Source: Octopus sinensis
Taxonomy: Eukaryota
Assembly (NCBI RefSeq): GCF_006345805.1
Contig: NC_042998.1
Location: 28,768,001 to 28,832,000, forward strand
Direction of reading: 5' to 3'
DNA length: 64,000 nucleotides
Shown: positions 36,046-50,415 of the stretch, piece by piece
Layout of the letters: each line of letters opens with the position of its first letter
How positions within the stretch are numbered: position 1 is the first letter of the stretch
Program-made: the position numbers and the translations under genes
The notes under the pieces: model-generated
Seen by the model: only the letters and a program-made list of their open reading frames with translations
The model's database searches: none
What the model was told of the DNA's origin: nothing

Positions 36046-36840
36046 ATACATACATATATAATTTCTATATATATATACATATATATATTTATATATATAG
36101 ATACATATATGTATTATATATATATATATATATTTATACATACATATATATATATTTATACATACATATATATATTTCTATATATACATATATATATATT
36201 TCTATATATACATACATATATATTTATATATCTACATACGTACATATATATATTTATATATATATATATATTTATACATACATATATATATTTCTATATA
36301 TACATATATTTATATTTCTATACATACATATATATATTTCTATATATACATATATATATTTCTATATATACATATATTATATTTCTATATATACATACAT
36401 ATATTATATTTCTATATACATATATATATATTTCTATATATACATAATATATATTTCTATATATACATATATTTATATTTCTATACATACATATATATTT
36501 ATACATACATGCATATATTTATATATACATACATATATATTATATATCTACATACGTACATATATATATTTATATATATATATATATTTATACATACATA
36601 TATATATTTCTATATATACATATATATATATTTCTATATATACATATATTTATATTTCTATACATACATATATATATTTCTATATATACATATATATATA
36701 TTTCTATATATACATATATTTATATTTCTATACATACATATATATATTTATACATACATGCATATATTTATATATACATACATATATATTTATATATCTA
36801 CATACGTACATATATATATTTATATATATATATATATATA
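35380..36840. repeat. ~1.46-kb compound (TA)n/TACA minisatellite
   Basis: Almost pure A/T with TACATACA and TTTCTA periodic units. Confidence 0.98.
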
Positions 36841-37175
36841 GACGCACACACAGACACACAGGGGTAGGGGATAGAAGAGAGAGATGTATGCACGAATGTG
36901 TATATATGTTCAGTGTAAACATACTGAGAAATTACTAGGAATCAATTATGAATCAACGACATAAATACATAAATAATTTTATAAACACAACAATAGTAAT
37001 CTTTCTCTGTTCCTCAGTATATGTATCATATCATATTATATTATATTGCGGTAGAATTTGAACCCAATGCCTCCATTTTGAATTTAACATAAATTGTTAA
37101 CCCATTACATTCAGAAATGTGAGCTTCATAGTACTCTTTTTATCCAATTCTTCCTCTCTTCTGCAGAAGGGGAAG

Positions 37176-37210
<35 letters not shown>

Positions 37211-38599
37211 ATGGTTTCTGAAGAATGAATTCTCTGTTGCATTCTTCGCACTTTTTGATATTTAGAATCGGCAGAGAATCACACCTCTCATTTGAATACT
37301 ATCTTTCATATATAAATGAAATATAAAATATTCTTATAATTGTTGTTGTTTTTTTTTAGATTTCATTAACTACCGCCAGATCCATTTTTCTTTTTTGGTA
37401 ATTTTTTCTACTTTCTGCTGTCAATTTTTGCTACTATTGTTGTAATGCTGTTGTTGTTGTTGTTGATTGTACAACCAACAAATTGAATGAATGAACAATT
37501 GGACGGCAGAATGTATTAGCGAACACTGTTTGGTAATATTCTATCTAACGTACAGAGCTAGGAAGTATGTGTTTTGAAACAGAGAGCCTGTGATGCTTTG
37601 CCTGATCAATATCTACTGCTATCTATATATTATGCTGCGCTGACTGACTGTCTGTCTGGCAAACCACTCTGCCCCCTTTTGTCTCTGTATCAATCTATAT
37701 TCTCTCATTAATTTTTCTCCCTGTCTTTTCCTGTCTGTCTATCTCTACCCACTTCTTGTGCGCATATGTAGACTCTCCCTCCCACTGTCCCCCTCTCTCT
37801 TTACGTCCTCTCTCCCTTTAACTTGCTCTCCTTCTCTCCCCTTCCCCCTCATCCAGTCTGACAGTCTTTTTGTTGCAACAGTGCTATAGTTTACTACCAC
37901 CTTGTTCAGCAGGGAAACATGGTAACGAAGCTATACTGAATGCAATTGAAGCTTGATTTGTTTTCACAAGCTGATTGTCATTGTTGTCTTTCGAGGTGCT
38001 ATCACAACAACAGTAGCAACAAGATAAAGCTGCTACTGTATATATAAATAAATATATATACATATATATATATATAAATATATATATATTTCTATATATA
38101 TATACATATATATGTGTATGTATATATATCAACACAGGCGTACACATATGAAAATCATATGACGCACATATACCTACATAAGTAAGTATATGTAAATGTA
38201 TACGCATAGATGACAATATCTTTGTAGACTCGTCATACATCAAATATGCCTTTCCAGAGTTATTGAGGAACATCCAGAAGATCTGTAGTAGCACACGGTT
38301 CCATAACTCTCTCTTTGCCAAGACAACAACAAACTACTACAACTATTGTCAATTGTACTTTTTCTCATTCTAAAAGAAAAATCATCGCTGCTACTTCACG
38401 TTCGCTTATAAGTGTTACCATTCACTCATTTTCTACAGCTCCGTTAGTGGTTTACTGTCACTTGTGGTAAAAGGGTAAGTCGATTCCTTATTTTCAATCT
38501 CTACTCGTGCATACAACCGTAAATGTATAATGGTGTGTAAAATGGTAAAAATACATGCATAACATATGTGTGTTAGAATGCATGAACGTATCTATGAGT

Positions 38600-39000
38600 T
38601 CTATGTGTGTGTGTGTGCATGTAGGTGAATGCCTGTGGTTAAATGAACTGTTGAACAAAATTGTATATTACTGTCAAAATATATATATGTAGGTATATGT
38701 ATGTAGAAACACTAGTTTGTACTAAAAATGTGCATCAAAATATGCATGTGTATATAAAAGATAAAATATACATATATATGTATAAATGTGTGTGTGTGAG
38801 TGTGTGTGCATGTAGGTGAATGCCTGTGGTTAAATGAACTGTTCAACAAAATTGTATATTACTGTAAATATATATATATGTAGGTATATGTATAAGCACT
38901 AGTTTATGCTAAAAATGTGCATCAAAATATGCATACGTATATAAATGATAAAATATACATATATATGTATAAATGTGTGTGTGTATGTATGTGAGTGTGT
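38600..39000. repeat. ~195-bp tandem duplication
   Basis: GTGCATGTAGGTGAATGCCTGTGGTTAAATGAACTG at ~38615 and ~38807. Confidence 0.85.
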
Positions 39001-39765
39001 GTGTAAAAGCCATATTTTAAACCTTTATGCATATATATATATAATATATATATATATATACACACACACAAACAAACACATCTATGTATGCATATGTTGT
39101 CCTAATATTTGTTATAAGAGTATTTAAATACAACTGTATTACTATAATAAACATGTATATATATAATGCATATATATATATACATACATACACACATATG
39201 TATATGTATATATATATATGTACTTGCATACATACATCTATATAATGCATACTTAACACAAATACACACACGCGCGCGAAAACAAACACACACACATATA
39301 TATGCATGTATGTATAATTCTGTGCAATGTAGATCAATGCACACCATGTCGTAAATTTGTGTGCTGCAGCATTTGCATATATTTGTGATGCATATAAGTG
39401 TGGTGTGAGGATAGTAAATTTCACTGTCCATGTGTCATATCAGGTGTAATCGCACAGGTGTGTTACCTGGTGAACTAGCATATATATATATATATTTATG
39501 TATATATCGTCAGACAGCTATGCTTTTATTTCTTTTTTTTCCTCTGCAACTTCTCTGAAGCCCAGCATTCCTTTGTAGGTTTAAATTAGCATAAAAATTT
39601 GACTTCAAATTTATGTTTTTGTTTCAGTCAATTATACTGCATAAACAAACGGTGAGGTGCAATGCCTGTGATGATCTTTAAAACCTGCTTACAGTAAAAC
39701 AGATACAGAACAGAACACATTAGACGATGCATATACTTAATATGCACTCATATATGCATCTAAAG

Positions 39766-39837
<72 letters not shown>

Positions 39838-39914
39838 ATATAGGATAAAATTTTTCGAAAAAAATTTTATCAATGGCCAGCATATTATATGTATGTATAT
39901 ATTTTTAGGTTTAC

Positions 39915-39962
<48 letters not shown>

Positions 39963-40353
39963 ATGTATAGGTTTGCATACATAGATGGTGATGTATGTAT
40001 TCATAGACTGATAATTCTACATTGATGTATTTGTATGTGTGTGTTTATAAATTTGTGTGTAGCGAAAATGAAGTGAAAGGTAAAAGAAGAGACGAATGTA
40101 GTGAGATGGAGAGTGATTGACAGATACGTATACAGTGAAGCAGATACACACATACACACACACAAATATATTTGTATATTAGTTATGTGCATATGAATGT
40201 GTGTGTTGTGTGTGTGTGTACATGCTCCCATACACAAACACACACTTCAGCATGTAAGATTGATAAATACAATACAGAAAAAATTAAACTCCCTACTCAT
40301 TTATATAGCTTTACAAACTTAACAAAATACATATATACATTCATATATGTATG

Positions 40354-40398
<45 letters not shown>

Positions 40399-41149
40399 TA
40401 TATGTATGTATGTTATGTATGTATATAGATATATATACATACGTACATACATATAAGCGGCATCAAACTTCCTCATTGACCAAATATCACATATCAGAGG
40501 AGGTTTCAAATAATGGTATAGCACAGTCAACGGTGGTGCCCCAGCATGACCGCAGCCTTTGCAGCTGAACCATTTTAATGAAATTAAAAAAATTATATAC
40601 AACCACACACACACACATGTATAGATAAGTATGGCTATGATGTTAAGAAGCATACTTCCCAAACATGTGGTCTTGGGTTCAATCCCACAGTGCCTTGAGC
40701 ACGGTTTCTACTATAACTTTGCGTCAACTAAAGCCTGGTCAATTGATTCTGTAGAAAAAAAATTGTAAAAAGACACTTATACTCATACACACACACACAC
40801 ACATAAATACATATGTATGTATGTGTGTGTATATACATATATATATATGTGTGTGTGTGTATGTATTTATATTTGTGTGTGTGAATATGTATGTGTGTTT
40901 GTGTATGTCCGTGTCTGTACATCACGTGATGGTTGTAATGAAGCATTACAGTCATACAAACAATTTTGTTCGCTTCTTGTCTACTGAGAAAAACATGTCT
41001 GGCTTTGGGGAAATATGACCTTGCTTGGGGGTAGGTGAGGTTTGGCTACTGGAAGGGCATCCGACCATAGAATTACGTATCACCCATGCAAGCATGAAAC
41101 GGTGGATCTTGTAATGATTATAATGATAACACATAAATGGAAAGATAGG

Positions 41150-41545
41150 TAGGTAGGTAGATAGATAGATAGATAGATAGACATAGATAGATAGACATAG
41201 ATAGATAGACAGAAATAGATAGACATAGATAGATAGACAGAAATAGATAGATAGACATAGATAGATAGACAGAAATAGATAGATAGACAGAAATAGATAG
41301 GTAGATAGATAGATAGACAGAGATAGATAGACATAGATAGATATCCATAGATAGATGGACAGACAGATAGACAGACAAATAGATGGATAGAGAGATAGAT
41401 GCATAGATAGACAGACAAATAGATGGATAGATAGACAGACGAATAGATGGATTGATAGACAGACAAATAGAAGCATAGACAGACATATAGATGGATAGAT
41501 AGACAGACAAATGGATAGATAGATAGATAGATAGATAGATTGATA
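41150..41545. repeat. (GATA/GACA)n microsatellite
   Basis: Visible tetranucleotide run. Confidence 0.95.
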
Positions 41546-41617
41546 TACCTGATAGAAAAACAGATCGATATATATATATATGTAGATACGTATACACATA
41601 TATGTACAAATAAATAA

Positions 41618-41655
<38 letters not shown>

Positions 41656-42239
41656 GAACAGAAGGTGTGATAGTAGGAGAGAGAGAATGTGGGAGAGAAA
41701 TGAAATAAGGAGAGAGAGAGACAAAAAGAATTAGACAAAGAGAGAGCAATGTCCATCAGTGGCTGTGAGTGCTGGAGTCTGATCTTGAATGACTATTCGT
41801 ATCAACAGAGTAAATTTGTTTTAGCTACCAGTTATTATTATTATTTTTTTTTTGTTTGTACTATAATTGGTTTGGGATTTTTTGTTTAAAGTATATACAT
41901 ATATTTTTTTTCTGCATTTTTTTTTGTATTTATTATTTATTATTTTTGCTTCCACTTATTAAAGACTGTGCGTATAAAAGCTACAGAAGAAGATTAACAG
42001 CAGATTATTGTATAGAGCCTAACTTGTCTTCATTACAAACCAAACAACACTGCACTGATGGCACACATTGCCTTCAGCAGGTGAAGCATTCACGGTCGTT
42101 ACATCATTCAGATGGATTTCCCTGTGTGAGGTGATTAACCAGATACGTGCGTGTGCGTGTAAATATATATATATGTATGTGTGTGTGCATAAATATATGT
42201 ATATGTATGTGTGTGTGTATATATGTATGTGTATGCCTA

Positions 42240-42283
42240 TATATATAAATATATATATACATATGTCTATATATGTATAAGTC

Positions 42284-42331
<48 letters not shown>

Positions 42332-43210
42332 TATATATATATGAATATATATACGTATAAATATATGTATATATATATATATATATGTCTATATATATAT
42401 GAATATATATACGTATAAATATATGTATATATATGTCTATATATATATGAATATATATACGTATAAATATATGTATATATATATGTTATATATATATATG
42501 AATATATATATGTATAAATATATGTATATATAAATATGACTATATATATGAATATATATATACGTATAAATATATGTATATATAAATATGACTATATATA
42601 TTAATATATATATATTATATATATATATATTATATATATATATATATAATATATGCACTTACAAAAATGGGTTTACAAATATATATATTGGATAGGTACA
42701 GGCCATTGTAACACAGTATATGTTTAGTGTATTACTTCATAGGAAAAAAAAATCATGGTGATTTATATAAGAGTTTATAAATATTGCATAAAGTGTGAAA
42801 CTCAAAGATTGAACACCATGTAGCTAATGTGCTTGTGTGTGGATAGATAGATTGAGACAGATAGATAGATAGATATATATATAGATAGATAGATAGATAT
42901 ACACAGAAAGATAGATACATAGATAAATAGATATACAGAAAGATAGTTAGATACACAGAAAGATAGATAGATAAATAGATACACAGAAAGATAGATAGTT
43001 AGATATGCAGACAGATAGATAGATAGATAGATACACAGACAGACAGAAAGATAGATAGGTAGATTGATAGACAGAATGACAGACAGATAGGCAGAAAGAA
43101 AGATAGATAGACAGATAGATAGACAGACAGAAAGATAGATAGACAGATAGAAAGAAAGATAGACGGAATTATAGACAGACAGATAAATAGATAGACAGAC
43201 ACATAGATAA
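42240..43210. repeat. (TA)n minisatellite (42240-42655) and (GATA)n array (42840-43210)
   Basis: Visible periodic units. Confidence 0.9.
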
Positions 43211-43706
43211 TACATATACACCTATGTATAATTATCCAAAGATAGATTGACAGCTAAAGAGATAATACATATACAGCTATGTATAATTATTCATTGAGGA
43301 ATCGTATTAATACATATACATACATAAATACACACACACATACAATGAAAGAAAGTAATAGAGAAGATATATATATATATATATAAAGAATTTTAATTTC
43401 ATTTAATTTCTGTGAGTTAAACAAATCGGACCACATTCCAGTGTGTTTGCAACGAGATATATCCATCCATGGGTTTTTTTGGTAATCAACATGGTGACTA
43501 GTTCTTCATTCCCATAATACTCGTTGAGAACTATAATGGAAATTTACATTTATGTGTATCCCGAAAGATATTGATTGGTTGTATAAAGTTATGTGCAATA
43601 GCGACGACAGGAGTCAAATTGAAGCGGTTGAGTTAGATTGCCAAAAGATTATTTAGCAACAGAGATATATTATATGTGGGTATAACCTGCATATACTTTA
43701 TATATA

Positions 43707-43754
<48 letters not shown>

Positions 43755-44291
43755 TGGGATACAGTCTTTTTATATGCTAGGCCACTTGGTGTTTTAAATT
43801 GAGGTTATTAACTAATATTCAATTTTTTTTCATCCTTATTGTGATTTAAATTAAATATATATATATATATATAACAATTTTTTCTGATTTTTCAGAATTT
43901 TTATATATGCTAGGCTACTGGATTTAAATTGATATGAATTAAATTAATACTCAATTTATCTCCCTCATTATTTAAATTTTAATACATTTATATATATACA
44001 TATATACACATACACACACACACATATGTATAGATATGTATTAGAAATAGCATTTTTGTTTTTATATACATGTATATACACATAAAAACCTCTCTATATA
44101 AATACACACACATATTTATTCCTACATGTATATAAATATACACACAAGCATATATATATATATATATATGAATGCATACAAATATACATGGGTGTATATA
44201 TACATATATACACACACACATACATATATAATTGAATATATACCCATATATGAACACATTTTATGCTTATATATATATATATATATATATC

Positions 44292-44364
44292 GCCCGCATA
44301 GCTCAGTCGGTAGAGCATCAGACTTTTAATCTGAGGATTGCGGGTTCGTGTCCCTCTGCAGGCG
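44292..44364 (+). tRNA. trnK-UUU: tRNA-Lys(UUU) variant or recent pseudogene
   Basis: GCCCGCATAGCTCAGTCGGTAGAGCATCAGACTTTTAATCTGAGG..; perfect D and anticodon arms, anticodon TTT; C4:A69 and C50:U64 mismatches; U at position 58. Confidence 0.85.
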
Positions 44365-44370
44365 TATGGA

Positions 44371-44379
44371 TTTTTTTTT
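44371..44379 (+). terminator. Pol III terminator (T9)
   Basis: Nine T starting 7 nt after the discriminator base. Confidence 0.75.
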
Positions 44380-44943
44380 CCGTCCAACCCGTGCTAGCGC
44401 AGAAAACAGACATTAAACGTTGATGATGATGATGATCACACACACAAATACATACACATAGTGAGAGTGAAAAAGGGGTGAGAGATGGAGAAAGATAGGG
44501 AAGACTAGATAAATTTCCCCCCTTTATTTGGTATGCAGTAAAATATTTCATAATTTTACAAAAGAATATAACAAAATCCCACATCATTTTAGGACTCTGT
44601 CTGTGAGTCACTGCTCAGACATATTAATTGTGAAAGCATATGAACTTTCATTGTTTTTCACGTTTTATGTTTGCAAAGAAAATGAGAGCTTAAAGTTATC
44701 GCAAATGAAGGAAGCTCTTCTTGGATGGTGCCATTTCACTGGATGTGTATAAGTGATACTTAGTTATAAGGTAGTTTTATAATGGATATCCACAACACTA
44801 TCCACATACACATATGTGCAAACACACACACATACAAATATGTACACATATGTAGCTATATATGTGATATGTGAATGACTGGGGGGGGGGGGGTTAAGAT
44901 ATCATTCAATAGCTGCAAGGATATCCTCATAATCAGAATAATA

Positions 44944-44982
<39 letters not shown>

Positions 44983-45134
44983 ATAAAAGATATCATTATC
45001 ATCATCATTTAAACATCTAGTTTCCATGCTTGCATATATACATATATATTTTATACATATGATGTACACACACACACCTATGTGTAATATACACATGTTA
45101 TGTATTATATATATATATATATATATACACATCA

Positions 45135-45273
45135 TATACTGCTTACCAACCACATGGTACTGGGTTCATTCCTACTGCGTGGCACTTTGGGCAAGTGTCT
45201 TCTACTATAGCCTTGGGCCGACCAAAGCCTTGTGAGTGGATTTGGGAGACGGAAACTGAAAGAAGCCCATATA

Positions 45274-45275
<2 letters not shown>
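45135..45275 (+). mobile_element. Family B SINE 5' fragment
   Basis: GCTTACCAACCACATGG..GGCACTTTGGGCAAGTG..GAAAGAAGCCC. Confidence 0.8.
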
Positions 45276-45308
<33 letters not shown>

Positions 45309-45418
45309 TTACTGAATCTCAGTTTTTTATATGCTAGACCACTGGTGTTAAAATTGATGTTATCAAATTAATATCCAATTTTTCACCCTCATTTTGATTT
45401 TAATTTTAAATATATATA

Positions 45419-45451
<33 letters not shown>

Positions 45452-46007
45452 ATGCATGTAAAATAATCTAAGGTTGCAGTATCATATTAATTAATCAGCT
45501 ATCCTCGTTTCAATACCTGGTTAAATTGTTACATCAATCAATATACAGGATTATATATACAGAAATTATAAGAGTTGTTTAAAGATTATAGAAGTCTGGA
45601 GGGCATGCTGGCTTAGAGTTTAAATCTTCACTAATGATCACAAGACTATTGTTTCGATTTCTGGGTTGGGTGATGCATGGTGCTCTAAGCAAAACAATTC
45701 ATTCCTGTTGCACCGTTCCATTTAGCAGGCACAATTGTCTGATAGTGGGGAATATGTATATATATACACATGGTGTATGCATATATGATTTATAAACTGT
45801 GAAGAGGCTGAGAACTTGAATGAAACGCAGAGTCTATCCAACAGGCTTTTGAAGTTTCTGTTTACTCAAATACACTGAGAAGGCTTGGGTCAACCCAGGG
45901 TTATGAAAGGGATGACTTTCGGCAGGTGTCACGCTCTGCTGCAACCTTCAGGGCCTCAGGATTGTGATGCAAACTCCTTGAACATTGAAGTTTGTGTGTA
46001 ATTGTAT

Positions 46008-46156
46008 GTGGCTGAGTGCTAAGTAGCTTGCTTACCAACCACATGGTTCTGGGTTCAGTCCCACTGCATGGCACTTTGGGCCAAGTGTCTTCTGCTATAG
46101 CCTTGGGCCGACCAAAGCCTTGTGAGTGGATTTGGGAGACGGAAACTGAAAGAAGC

Positions 46157-46191
<35 letters not shown>

Positions 46192-46415
46192 GTGTGTGTG
46201 TGTGTGTGTGTGTATGGTTGTGTTTGTCCCCCCGACGTTGCTTGACAACCGATGGTGGTGTGTTTGCGTTCCTCTAACTTAGCGGTTCAGCAAAAGAGAC
46301 CGATAGAATAAGTACTAGGCTTACAAAAAATAAGTCCTGGGGTCAATTTGCTCGACTAAAGGCGGTGCTCCAGCATGGCCACAGTCAAATGACTGAAACA
46401 AGTAAAAGAAAAAAG
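46008..46415 (+). mobile_element. Family B SINE, near full length
   Basis: Head, core and tail present. Confidence 0.88.
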
Positions 46416-48944
46416 AAGAAAAAAGTACACACACGCACATACTCTCACATATATTTGTACACATAAAGTTATGTTAGTGGCTACATATAACTAAAAGTTT
46501 TGTGGAAATAGTCACATCATCAAACTAAATAGACAAATACACACACACACACACACACACACACAATTGCTTCTTCAGTCAGGAATGAGCTGGTTTCAAC
46601 ATAGATGAAACTTTTCTTTCCATTGCTTTCTGTTTTCACTGCAGCCACGAATTTGACATAAGACATCCTCTCTAAGTCTTCTCATGCTTGATTTGAGGGT
46701 GAATATTTAATATGCGGACTGCTTGGCGGGGGCGGGGGGTACTGCACCAGTTCTGGGCCCCGAGACTAAACTTTACTGACAAAGGACAGATGATAGAGTA
46801 ATGAAGTAGATGTTGGCAGGATTTGAACCTGATAAAAAAAATCCACCTGTCAACCACTTCATACGCACACACACATGGATGTGTGTGTATATATATATAT
46901 TTATACACACACACACACACACATATATATATACACACACGTATATGCACATATGTTATATATTCATAAGTTAGGTAGATAGATAGTGTGATGTATGCAT
47001 CTATAGATGTATGGTTAATAATTTCACACACAAACACACACACACACACACACACATATATGTATATAATTATGCAGAAAAGAATGTATGTATAATCCTC
47101 TCTCTCTCTCTCTCTACTCTATGCCTCACTCTCTCTCTCTCTTTCTCCACTCTTCTTCCTCTACTCTCTATTTCATGCTCTCCTTAATCCTCTTTCACTT
47201 TCATTATCTATCCCTCTTCCTCTCACTATCTATCTGTTTTTTTTGTCTCTCTCCCCCTTTCCTCTCTTTCTCTCCTGCTTTCTCTCTGTCTGTCTGTCTC
47301 TCTCTCCCTCTCACTGTCTTGCTCCCTTCCTCTCCATAATAACTACTTACTAACTTTACATAATGAGAAAAGCTGCAATAACACACCAAAGGAGGAGGAG
47401 GAGGAGGAGGGGGCAATAAAGATTCTATATGGAAGTTTTTAACACATCATAACACGAGGCATAATTTTACTTATTTATATGAATATCAATACTCCCTTAC
47501 CTTTTGGTTCCTGTTTCAAGGCCTTCCAAGGTCAACTTTCCTTTTATCTCTTTGAGATTGACGGAGTAAGTACCATCAATCTGCTGGGATCGATAAAATC
47601 GATTTTTTTTTTCCTCCCTCTATGATTGGCCTTACGCCTACGCAAGAAATCAATAACTGTAAACTAATCTCCTAATTATATTCCTTTCAAACCAGTTCAG
47701 TTTTACATGAAGCACACTGGCTAAATGGATAAGATATTTGACATCTAAAGCTAATAAATCCTCAGTTCAAATCCACTGTAAGGTTTTTCTTCAATTTTTT
47801 TTTTTTTTTATTCAAGTGTGTATGTACTTTTTACACAGAAATCTAGGTGGACCCTAGTTCCCTTAACAATTGTAAAATAATATATTAATTTCAAGAGGTT
47901 CTCTACAAAACACTGGTGATTTAATTGGAAGAGAAAAGAAAAAATGTTTTAATGAATAACCTGGATCTTAACATTCTATACACCCCTAGAAACATTTTCA
48001 TCTTTTATTTATAATAATGTCCTGTTGTGTCTGGGGTGTCATTTTCCTAAAATTTTCGAAAATAAAAATAAGGAATAAGTGGAAATTTTACCAGTGAGTG
48101 AGTTAAATTATAAGGCACAAAAATAAAATGACTCTCCCCAGGCACAACAAAATATGCTTCAACACACGAACTCATATAAAGAATCTTGCAAACCAAATCC
48201 AAAAACGAAATATTTATAATAATGGTTTACTTAGAAGAGGGAGGGAAACATCCATTATCTTTGATAGGACCTGCAAACCTGGCATCAAAATAGAAGGAAA
48301 AAATGACAAGTCATGGGGTTCAAAAGTGCTAGAACTTCAAAGTGTAGAATAGCAATTTCAGTTGTTAGAATATTTTGCAGTAAGTTGCATTTCAAAGACA
48401 ATTCCAAGCATTCTGTTTATTGAAGTGGATTTCTGTTCTCTCTTTGCAAAGAGAGTAACCATAGAATATATCACGGTATTTTAGAGTTACGAGGTCTGTT
48501 AAGAAGCACGTTTAGTAATTTTACTCTTAAAAACTAAATTCTTCTCTCATCATTAAATCATTTTGCTTTAGAAAGTCCTTTATTCACATGTATATGTATG
48601 TATGTGCATTAATGTTTGTGTATGTGTGTATGTATATTTAAATGAGAGAGAGAGATATACACACATATTCATTATTACTATATTGCTATTATTATATGAA
48701 GAATCCTCTTTAGATTTTTACTCTTCAGACCAATTGCTTCTCTTATTAGTCACTCATTATGCTTTAGAATATCCTTTTATGCATATGTATACGAATATAT
48801 TTATGTGTGTATATTTATGTAAAAGTGTGAATTTATGTTTGTACATGTGTGCATATATGTATATCTAAATGAGAGAGTGAGAGCCATACACATATCCATG
48901 TATAAATATATAAATATCTATATATATGTATGTATCAGTCGCCA

Positions 48945-49136
48945 TGATAGATCGGTAGCCACTACACACATTTTTTTTTCTCTGTTCTCTCCTTGTGTTT
49001 TCCTCTGTGTCCCTATCTGTAGAAGAGCGTACGCTCGAAACGTAAAAGACTTTTTCAATTCCTGAGCATTATACTATTACATCTGTTTGTTTTCTACACC
49101 ACCTGTCTTCGTCATTTGTTTTTTCGTGAACTCTCC
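48945..49136 (+). mobile_element. Penelope-type pLTR-like repeat with a variant hammerhead
   Basis: CTGTAGA-A-GAGC-GTAC-GCTC-GAAA-CG-TA-AAAG at 49017-49048 within a pyrimidine-rich unit. Confidence 0.55.
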
Positions 49137-49506
49137 GTCCAACCCATGCTAGCATGGAAAGCGGACGCTAAACAAAGATGATGATGATATATATGTGTGT
49201 GTATTTGTTGTGTATGATTATGCACTCATCATGTGGTCGTTTTGCCTCAAGCCAACCACATAGATGGCAATGTGTTGGTGTCTTCTTTTCATATTGTTCA
49301 ATGTTAGCTAACAACGTAAGGGGTTACATTTCTCAAGGTCAAAACAACAGCAGATGACTGAGTTCTGGTTGTTGATATTAATCAATATCTGATTCAAATT
49401 TGGGGTAGGAGTTTTGCTACATTTCTATTTCCTTTATATGACCTTCTGTGTTCATTATTTATAAACACAGCATTTCAAACTGCCCACTTTCAGTTTCCAT
49501 ACAGCT

Positions 49507-49972
49507 CAGTAGTTCTCAACCAGGGTCCACACGACCCTTGGTGGGGGGAGGTCCATATAAGATCTTATTAAAATTCATGTGTAATAAATTACTATATTTT
49601 GATGTGTATAAAGAAACACTCTTTGTCAAAAAATTAGGTTAAAAAAATATAGGAGTTTCTTATACATTGATAGTATTATAATCCCTTACAAAGCCTTTTT
49701 TTCCAAATTTTAAGCACCCCAAATTAGGGGTACCTTATACACGAGGTTCCTTATACATGCAGTTCCTTATACACGAAGGTTCATTAAACATGTTAAAATA
49801 TGGTACTTTTACTTCTACAATGCACAAAATATTTAAATAATTTAAAAATAATTCCTAATAAAATTTAATTATAAAATTTCAACACGATTTTTTTTAAACA
49901 TGAAATTGCTACGAGGGTCCATTCAACTAAAAATGAAGGTCCATAGGCAAAAGAATGGTTGAGAATGAATGA
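49507..49972. mobile_element. hAT-like non-autonomous element
   Basis: Termini CAGTAGTTCTCAACC / GGTTGAGAATGAATG resemble CAGTGGTTCTCAACC-type hAT TIRs. Confidence 0.55.
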
Positions 49973-50194
49973 TCTATTATTTGGCACCTTTTATTTATTG
50001 TCAAAGATTTGTCAAATATAAACTTACCAAAGAGGTTTTTTTAAATTTTATTTTATTGTCTTTGCATCGTTAGTCATAAGTCTTTCGGTTAAAAACTGAA
50101 AGCAAAAAAAAAAAAGAAAATTAGCTTTGGAGTTTTCCAAAAGAAAGACAAAATTTCAATTCTTGATAGATAGAGTGAAACAATATGTATCTAG

Positions 50195-50415
50195 AGCTAA
50201 GTCAGAGAGCTGGCAGAAATGTTAGCATGCTGGGTGAAATGCTTAACGGTATTTCATCTGTCTTTATGTTCTGAGTTCAAATTCCACTGAGGCTGATTTG
50301 CCTTTCATCCTATCAGGGTCGATAAATTAAGTACCAGTTGTGTACTGGGGTCAATCTATTCGACTGGTCCCCTCTCCCTAAATTTCAGGCCTTGTGCCTA
50401 GAGTAAAAAAGAATA
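50195..50415 (+). mobile_element. Family A SINE monomer
   Basis: GAGCTGGCAGAAATGTTAGC..GAGTTCAAATTCC..AAGTACCAG. Confidence 0.8.

Noticed and set aside
35411-36841. Long Y/I-rich ORFs (up to 330 aa); likewise at 41080-41756, 51299-52238, 58072-58772
   Set aside because: Translations of (TA)n, (GATA)n and TACA microsatellites, which lack stops by composition.
39665-39760. C/D-box snoRNA (GTGATGA)
   Set aside because: No downstream CTGA D box or terminal stem within a plausible distance.
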